NCBI RefSeq assembly: GCF_009914755.1
Contig: NC_060942.1
Length of the DNA: 64,000 nucleotides
Direction: 5' to 3' (one strand)
DNA from: the human T2T-CHM13v2.0 reference genome, Homo sapiens
The notes beneath the pieces are model-generated. The model had not been told where the DNA came from. It did not search any database and saw only the letters and a program-made list of their open reading frames with translations. Every line of letters starts with the position of its first letter. The first letter of the stretch is position 1. A program made the position numbers and the translations under genes. Positions 55,593 to 64,000 of the stretch are shown piece by piece.

Positions 55593-58485
55593 AGCAGCAA
55601 AGAGAATTTTTTGGCAAGATTATGAGCCAATTTTAAGAGCTTTTATTACATTTCAAATGTGATTTTAAATTCTCAAAGTTGGACAGATAGCAGGGAAAGA
55701 ATGGTCACAGACTTTTCCCTAATATTTTAAGTTGCTTCAAACCAGTTATTAAATCTTATATGTATTTTTTAAAGACTTATTCCACAGGGGTTTGATTAAT
55801 TTACACAGACTTCTTCCAAAACTGTATCTAAACCACATTGTTGATATCTAAGAAACTCTATGAGCTTCTTCAAAAGCCCTCTTAAAAATACAACAAAATC
55901 ATGTTAGCAACTCCAGATTCCAAGTTGAAATCCTCCCGCTTTAGTATAAGAACCATCAGTTTTGAATGAGTCTGGATACGAAAACCTATTTTCCCATTTT
56001 GAGGAGAAAATCCCTTTTTAGAGACTCTTTCTTGAATGGATATTTGTTATAACATATTTGGGCTTAGGGCTAAAACCTTTGGTTTGTAAGCTGAGGTTTT
56101 CATTTGCACTTACCATCAACAGCGTATAAGTTGAAAAGAATCTCAGGTCTGGTTGCTGTCCTGAGCTACTGCAAAGAAGAAACCACTGAGAATAAGAGCA
56201 TTTCAATTATTGTACATCACATTTGCTATTTGCTGCCGTTATTCTTCTATTAAAGGAGGATAATCAACTGATATGATATTGTAGATCTCAGTGCCTAGTG
56301 CATTGTAGGTCCTCAATATATGTTGATTCTTCTTTTCTTTACATATTTTTGAGGTACAGAAAGAAGTTCTTAAAATGGTTTTTAACTGTAATCATTTTGG
56401 AAAATTAGCTATGAAGATGGAAATTTGTGAACAAAGGAGAACTTGCAAATGCCATTTTACTGAGCATGTTACTGAATGGTTATATAAGGAGTAAATATTC
56501 TCTCAGCCTTAGTAAGTAAATATGAACCAATAAGAACACAGGTGAGGACTCTTTTCCTAACCAGAATAGATGGCTAAGGTTTACAGGGCAATAAATTAGA
56601 CTATTTGTATCCAAAGCAATATTGTTGTCACCACCAATTGTAATAAGCATTTTTATAATTTATGCCTTTAATGTGTTTATTATGAAAAAGCTTCTAAGTA
56701 TATTGCACAAGTGGTAATCTGCTCCAGAACTGGAAATTTGGGAGACTTGGTTTTTGGACTCAGCCTATTCACTATTATTTGGTTGATAGGTTTATTATTA
56801 TTATTATTATTATTTTTTAAAGGCCTGAGACAGTAGAGACTTTCTAATAAAATATGCTGCAGTGATGAAAATTACGCCATGTCTTTTGTCTTAATATCTA
56901 TAAGAACACTGAAAATTGGCCTGACAATGAATTATAGGATAATTTGTAAAAATGCATAGTGGTTTTACTATAAATATAGTTTATTTCAAAACCACAGAGA
57001 TTGCTCACAATCATTGCTCTATGTAACTAGGCAAAGCAATTTTGCAGCAAATAGATGACAAGAGTCATGAAAAATATTTTTTGGACTTGTTAAGTGAGAG
57101 CAAAGAACAAGCAGGGGGGATTTAAGTGAGTTAAGAAATGGTTTTCCAGTTCTTACATTAATTTATTCAGGATATGAAAGTGAAAAAGCATTCAAAACGT
57201 TTGCATCTAAATCTTAATCTGGTGAAATTTCTTCTTTCAATTACAGTTCAAAGGCAGTTATTAACTACTCATTGTGTGAGGGACACAGGAAAAAGAGTAT
57301 ACAATCCTTAATGGGAATAAGCTTCCATTTTACTTTGGAGGCAAAAATATGCAGAAACACTTTAAGTACAAGTCTCCTAAGGATAAAAATGAATACAATA
57401 TTTCCTAACATGAAGTTGTCAGGAAACAACTGATTCCAAGTATTACCTACCCGTCCCAGGTGTCATGTGAGGTCACACTTCCTTTGATGCCCAAATCACA
57501 TAAGACTGAACTTCCACTATACCTCACCAAAGGATGCACAGGACCCCTCCTCCACATGTTTCTAAGGATCCCCAGGGAGTGCTTTCGGGATTCTGTTTTT
57601 TGCTGGATTTTGCTGTTTTTAAATTAATTCATTTGTTTATTTTGGTTGGGTGCACTTCCCTTTAGCACAATCCACTGGAACAGCATAATATATGACATCA
57701 ATACATAACCCTAAATCTAGGTTATTCAGGATTCCAGAACACTGCAGAAGGACTTTAGCAGAACAGCAAGGGTTGCTTCCAGGCATCCCAGCAAGGACAG
57801 TGCCTCCACCATAATATAAACTGGTAAATATATGCTTCCATGTCACAACTACAGCCTTCCAGTAACTATCAGACAGGGAGTGTTTAGAAAAGAACAAATA
57901 TACATCTCCCAAGAAAAAAACTAATATTTAGAAAACATCTTTCCAGAAAGGAATGATCCATGGAGATGCAATTCTACCCACCAAACCAAACAAAACAAAA
58001 CAAAAACAAAAAACCTATCTTTTACACAATATGTGTAAAGAGTAAGACCTTTCAATTTTACTTTTGATGGACAAAAATGCCTATCAAATGATTTCCCACA
58101 AACCAAATAGCAGTTACCCCAAAGGTTAATTCAGATCTCTCCTTCTGGAGAAACTGAAACGAGCCTTAAAATGTGAATCTTCCTTTTTGATCTTGCAGTA
58201 ATCAAGGTTTAAAAAGTATTAGGGTTCAGATTCATCCAGAATATGCCATTCCCCAAGAAAACAAAGGGGTAGACACTCTAGAGGAAGATGGAAAGGACTG
58301 TATCAGATGAGCAGGGTTAATCCCTTCCCAAGCCATTAACAATCTCTGTTGGTCTGTGAATATCGCTCCACCGACCCCCAATTTCTCCACCTGTACTTTA
58401 ATAATAATAAATCTTATTTTACAGTGTTTTATAAAAATTAAATGAGAAGAATGCATGTGAAAATGCCTAACATGGTGTTTGGCAC

Positions 58486-58852
58486 TGTATCAGTCTGTTT
58501 TCACGCTGTTGATAAAGACATACCCAAGACTGAGCAATTTACAAAAGAAGAAAGTTTAACTGGACTCACAGTTCCACGTGGCTGGGGAGGCCTCACAATC
58601 ATGGCAGAAGGCGATGGACGAGCAAGTCACATCTTAAGTGGATGGCAGCAGGCAGAGAGAGCTCATGCAGAGAAACTCCTGTTTTCAAAAACCATCAGAT
58701 CTTGTGAGACCCATTTACTATCAGAAGACCAGCACAGGAAAGACCAGCCCCCATGATTCAATCATCTCCCACCGGGTCCCTCCCACAAAACCTGGGAATT
58801 ATGGGTGCTACAAGATGAGATTTGGGTGGGGACATAGAGCCAAACCATATCA
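58486..58852 (-). mobile_element. THE1 (A/B-like) solo LTR inserted in a MIR tail
   Basis: tgtatcagtctgttttcacgctg ... gccaaaccatatca with 5-bp TSD ggcac (58481-58485 / 58853-58857). Confidence 0.94.
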
Positions 58853-59504
58853 GGCACATAGCTGATACACTCCTTCTTTAAGAGGGTAGAATATGGTATA
58901 TATTGCATTATTCAGTACTAAAAGAGCTCAGAATGACATTGTTTAACCCGTGGTATTTGCCACCTCCAATCCAAGGAGCCATATTCCAGAGTTACAAGAG
59001 AAAGAGAAAACATTTCAAGTTGATGCCTGCGTTTCTAGGTAGAATCACATGATGACTTCCTTCCCGTTATTATAGCCCTGGCTCCCTGTTAGTCAGGGAA
59101 GATGAACCTAGAGGAAGTAGAAGGAAGAAGAGTGACATGCAGGAAGCTTCCCTAGAAACATTCTCATTAGCCTTCCTTGGGTCTGTGCCTCGATACACCA
59201 GCCCATCATCATCATGATCATCAACACCATTATCATCATCATTGTGCTCTGTAGCAGCCACAGACCTGGCAGTTCTCAATGGCCATTTACAGAATGCCCA
59301 CATGTGCTGGGCTCTGTGAGAGACTATACAGACACTGGACAATCAAGTGAAGAGTGATTCTGCTTGCAAATGGACAGTGAAGAGAGTGCTTCCCATCCCT
59401 TCGTATTTGCCTTTGATGACTAAGAATGAGGCACATTGTTGCCTGTGGAGTTAGGAAAACAACTTTCCAATGACCCACTTTCCCATATCTCTTAGCTATT
59501 GCAG

Positions 59505-59690
59505 CTCATACAATCTCAGGGCTGGAAAAGATCCTAGAAATGATCAGACTCACTTTGCAAAAGGACATGAAAGTCCAGAGAAGCTGTGACTCACCTGAAG
59601 TCAGGGAACTCATCAATGAGAACAGGAACAGGAGCCTGGGTTACCTACTTTCAAGCTCAGCAGACTTTCCAGCATACCACCATGCCTCTC
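59505..59690 (-). mobile_element. MIR3/MIR-like SINE
   Basis: gggctggaaaagatcctagaaatgatc...ccagagaagctgtgactcacctgaagtca...ctttccagcataccac. Confidence 0.55.
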
Positions 59691-60234
59691 TTCTTGAATA
59701 ATTTCCTGAAGTTCTAAGAAACATGAGTAGAATATACCTGATACTAAAACAATATGAGTATTTCTGGTAGAAGTAGTAAATTGCCTGTTTCTATATTAGA
59801 ACAATGATTTTATAAAGATTATTATTACTAAGAAGACAAAGAGAATATTTCTGAAATGTTGACAGTTGGTATACTTTTCTGGAATTCCAATTTGCTTTCC
59901 TGGTTAAATTTTGGAGTCTCAAATTTTATTATTAAATTATCATATCTTTAACTATTAAATGGTATCTAATTTCATGATTGAAGACAGTAAAGGTGCTAGG
60001 TATAAAAAGACAGCATAATCTTTCTAACAGTGCCGTGGAAGGGCCCTTTTGAAGCCAAAGTCTTCAAATGTAATTCAGCCAGAATATACTATGGTATTAT
60101 GTGTGCCTTTTCTTGATTTTTTTTCCCATTAAAGAATGTTGAATTTGAATGTTTTGTTTTAGACACTCCCAATTTTGGTGTGGGAGCATAGGACTTGAAC
60201 AGACTGGCTCTAATTCTTTATAAGAAAAAGTAAT

Positions 60235-60425
60235 GTATAACCTAGTAGAGAGCATAGGCTTTAGAGTCCAAAGATTTGAGTTCAAATTCCAAATTATTCA
60301 GTTTCTCTAAACTTTAGTGTGCCGTATGATAAATGGTGATGAGAATTGTTTCTGTGGATACTATCTGGGATTAGTACATGTAAAGTGTCTGGGACACATG
60401 GGCTGTCATTAAATGGCAGCTAATT
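60235..60425 (+). mobile_element. MIR SINE
   Basis: tagtagagagcataggctttagagtcc...tgagttcaaattcc...catgtaaagtgtctgggacac. Confidence 0.6.
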
Positions 60426-62114
60426 TTAAAGCTGCTAAAGGAACATTTTACGTAGACCAAATGCTTCTGATATATTGTCTCACTTCACCTCACGGTTCCA
60501 CTGCAAGGAAACTCGGGCTGAGAGAATTTGGGCCATTGGCCCAGAGGATCCCTCGGGACCAGGTCATAAAATGGCAGGGACTAAATTAAGATGGGCCTGA
60601 CTCTCAAATCTTGGGTATTTGTACTATTTTTGGAAACACTGAAATGGCTAAGGGGATGGGAAGAGGAGGTATGGTAGTGAATGTCTGTAGGCCTTTAGCT
60701 TTGCAAAGACACAATCCCCTTCCTCCCCCATTCTTTTGTAATTCCAAGATAGAATACTTTGGAAATCTTTGTTCATCCAATGTGCATCCGCTTTTCCATA
60801 TGACTCTGTATTTCTGAGCAGACTGTAAGTAACTCATTCCAAGCTCAAACCACACACCCCGAGAACAGCACTAAGAAGAATTCAATTGATTCTTGGGGAC
60901 AGGGGTAGTCTTCCTGCTAACAGCCCCTCTCCCCTACCTTCCTGCCTGCTTGCTGGCTGTTAGCATGTTTGTCTTTTGCACAAGGCATCCAAGTTGACAG
61001 GTTGGTGAGGTAATCAATAGGAGAGAGAGCAGATGATTATCACGGGCACAGAAGGCAAAGGTTATCACTACATGTTTTAACTTCTGTTAAAATTTTATGG
61101 GACCTGTAGGAGGAATGGTGAGTACAAAATAATTTGCTGGAAAATCCAGAACTAATTAATCTATTACCATATTCCATTATAATACATTTAAACAAGGCAC
61201 CTACTTCCGTTTCTAAAAGTCATGCATCCAATTCTAACAAGCTGTTTTCCCCTTTGCAATGTGAAAAAATTTTCTTTCTACTATGCTGAAAATTAAATTG
61301 GCCATGTGTACAAAAAAACAGACAATAAAGGCCTATGGCACTAAAATCTCATTAAGATTTTTTTTGGTGACAGTGCACAAAATATTATAAAATAATGTGA
61401 AATCCAAGTATTCTTAAATAATCTAAAACTGAATGAGATGGAATAGACTCTTTCAGTACCAGAATTATATTTCCTTCAGAAATCCTCTGTTATGGTTAAA
61501 TTTAGGACCAGGTTTGCTGCACATGTTGATCTAGGTTATATAGTATAGTTTGTGGAGCGTTCATTCAGTCATAAGAAATACAAAGCTATGTCAGCTTTCA
61601 GATAATACTAGTAACATTCAGAATATTGTCTCAAACAGTTAAATATCACTACAGAGTCTTCCAAAAAGACTTTTTTCCCTTGATTTATGCGACTCAAATG
61701 TTAAGAGCCCTAATGAGCCTTAGCCACATTTATTTGGCTACTTAAAATACTCAGCTTGGTGAATGATTTGGGAGTGTTAACAAGATAAGAAATCAGAATT
61801 TTGTTTCACATTAACATTCAAAGATTTGCCTTAAGGTCATCAATCTGATTTATTAAATTTCTTCATGAGAAAACCCAAGGCAATTCCACCTGCCATGCAG
61901 AATTGGTCTTACTCTTAGGCAGAGTCAATTTTTGCTATGAAATGATTTTTAAGTTAAGATGTTAGTTTTGCTAACATGGCAGGTGCTCCTCAGGCCTGTG
62001 GGCTTATGGGTTTATAGCTAAGATATCATCTTGATGAGCATCAGTTGTTTTGGGGACACGTTGAGGCTTAAGTTTGGAATGCAGAGAAGAAGAAAGGTTT
62101 CTTTGGAGACTAAA

Positions 62115-62570
62115 GTAGAGATCTGTTCTGCTCATCCAGAATCTATCCTTGGCCCTCTGGTAACAGCTCCGCTGTCCCCCTTTTGGGGATTTCGCTCCCC
62201 CATTGCAAATACTCCTGGTGAAACTGTAAATTGAGATGTTCTGCCCTCATCAGGCCAGGAATGGGCAAATAACATTAGCCAACATATAAGCCTCTTTCTG
62301 GAATTTGAACTTTAAGCCGCATGACAATAATTTTTTAAAATTATTGCTATTGATTCATCCCAGTGGTGGCATACTGAAAAGACTGTCCCTTAGTTCCTGC
62401 CACTTAGATCTCTAGAGCTATTCATCATTCCAAGGTCTATTTTCTCCATATTTTATTTTATTTTATTTTAGGAACTACCCCATACCTTATCCATCAATTA
62501 AATTTCTCTCATTTAGAAGTAGTCACAGTTATTTGCTGTTGCTAACAACAAAGAATTGTAACCAGCACAG
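62115..62570 (+). mobile_element. Possible old ERVL-type LTR (LTR16/LTR79-like)
   Basis: tctggaatttgaact..., aattaaatttctc...tgctgttgctaacaacaaagaa 3' end pattern; family uncertain. Confidence 0.4.
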
Positions 62571-63070
62571 ATATTCCTAAGGAGATGTAAACAGTATGGG
62601 TCATTGAGAGCCTGGGAAGAAGCTCTACCCAGACAAGGGCAAGAGGTGCACAGTGAGGTGGCTGAAGACAGCAATATACAGCCTTCAGCCCTGCACAGGC
62701 TGGTCTACCTTTGATGAAGGTAAAGCCACTCTAATAACATAGACTTCTACTTTTTCACAATGTCCAGTGCCTTCTATAAACTTATCTTTTCTCATTTTTT
62801 TTAGAAAAGCCATAGACCATTTTTAAAGTCTACAGTGGAAATATTTCCTTTCTCAGAGACCTTGAAAGCCCAAATAAAATGAGTTTGAGTGTTCTGAATC
62901 TTCCCAACTATGAGGGTCTGGAGGCAGGAAAAAGAGAAAAGACTTCATCTTCCCCATAACCTTAATCTTCCCAATTCCTAGGTAAATGTGTATCTATGGT
63001 AAATCTCAGGAGCTCTCTTAGATGTCCTGTCACCAGGAAAGTGATCCAGCTAAAACCTTGGGATAGTGTG

Positions 63071-64000
63071 TGTATTAGTCCTTCTCACGCTGCTATTAAA
63101 AAATACCCAAGACTGGGTAATTTATAAAGGAAAGAGGTTTAATTGATTCACAGTTCCACAGGGCTAGGGAGGCCTAGAGAAACTTACAATCATGGCAGAA
63201 GGGGAAGCAAACACATGGGGCAGCAGGAGAGAAAAGTGCTGAACAAAAGGGGGAAAAGTCCCTCATAAAACCATCTGATCTCATCAGAACTCACTATCAT
63301 GAGAACAGCCACATGGGGTAACTGTCCCCATGATTCAATTACCTCCCACCAGGCCCCTCCCATGACACATGAGGATTATGGGAACTAAAATTCAAGATGA
63401 GATTTGGGTGGGGACACAGCCCAATCATATTCCACCCTGGCCCCTCCCAAATCTCATGTCCTCATATTTGAAAACACAATCATACCTTCCTAACAGTCCC
63501 TCAAAGTCTTAACTCATTCCAGCATTAACCCAAAAGTCCAAGTCCAAAGTCTCGTCTAAGACAAGGCAAATTCCTTCTGCCTCTAAGCCTGTAAAATTGA
63601 AAGTAAGTTAGTTACTTCCTAGATACAATGGGGATACAGGCATTAGGTAAATACACCCATTCCAAAGGGGAGACCTTGGTCAAAACAAAGGGGCTACAGG
63701 CACCATCCAAGTCCAAAATCCAGTGGGGCAATCATTAAACCTTAAAGTTACAGAATGATCTCTTTGACTCCATGTCTCATATCCATGGCACCCTGATGCA
63801 AGAGGTGGGGTCCCATGGCCTTGGGAAGCTCTGGTCCTTCACCTTTGCAGAGTACAGCCCCACTCCCAGCTTCTTTCATGGGCTGGTGTTGAGTGCCTGT
63901 GGCTTTTCTAGGCTCATGGTGCAAGCTGTCAGTGGATCTACCATTGTGGAGCCTGGAGGATGGTGGCTCTATTCTCACAGCTCCACTTGGCAGTACCCCA
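63071..64000 (-). mobile_element. THE1D-like LTR (63071-63430) plus THE1 internal sequence running off the window
   Basis: tgtattagtcc...gagatttgggtggggacacagc followed by ccctggcccctcccaaatctcatgtcc...aagttagttacttcctagatacaatggg, typical MaLR internal sequence. Confidence 0.92.

Noticed and set aside
57637-57912. 91-aa minus ORF in unique sequence
   Set aside because: Non-ATG start, no recognisable domain, no convincing splice sites.

Overview
This is primate (most likely human) genomic DNA, AT-rich and dominated by interspersed repeats, and it reads as intronic or intergenic. I find no confidently supported host protein-coding exon, tRNA, rRNA or CRISPR array, and I cannot name the locus. 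Nearly every ORF in the track comes from Alu, L1 or LTR sequence or is chance. Recognisable content: 13 Alus, many L1 fragments (including a 5.6-kb L1PA7-like copy with broken ORF1/ORF2), L2 and MIR relics, MLT1/MLT2/THE1 LTR elements, and the DNA transposons Ricksha, Tigger3-like, MER63-like and MER96B-like. Subfamily names are from my recollection of consensus sequences, not from a RepeatMasker run. The most interesting observations are: a cluster of POU octamer motifs inserted at the start of an MLT1 LTR (53.3 kb); a ~100-bp direct repeat bracketing a Ricksha-split reading frame (21.5-25 kb); an AGCT/CpG-rich unique segment next to a candidate minus-strand first exon (27.5-29.3 kb); a nested transposon stack with a short L1 3' transduction (40.5-47.8 kb); and a 5'-inverted L1 missing ~1 kb (15 kb). 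None of these demonstrates a new biological system; they are leads to test.
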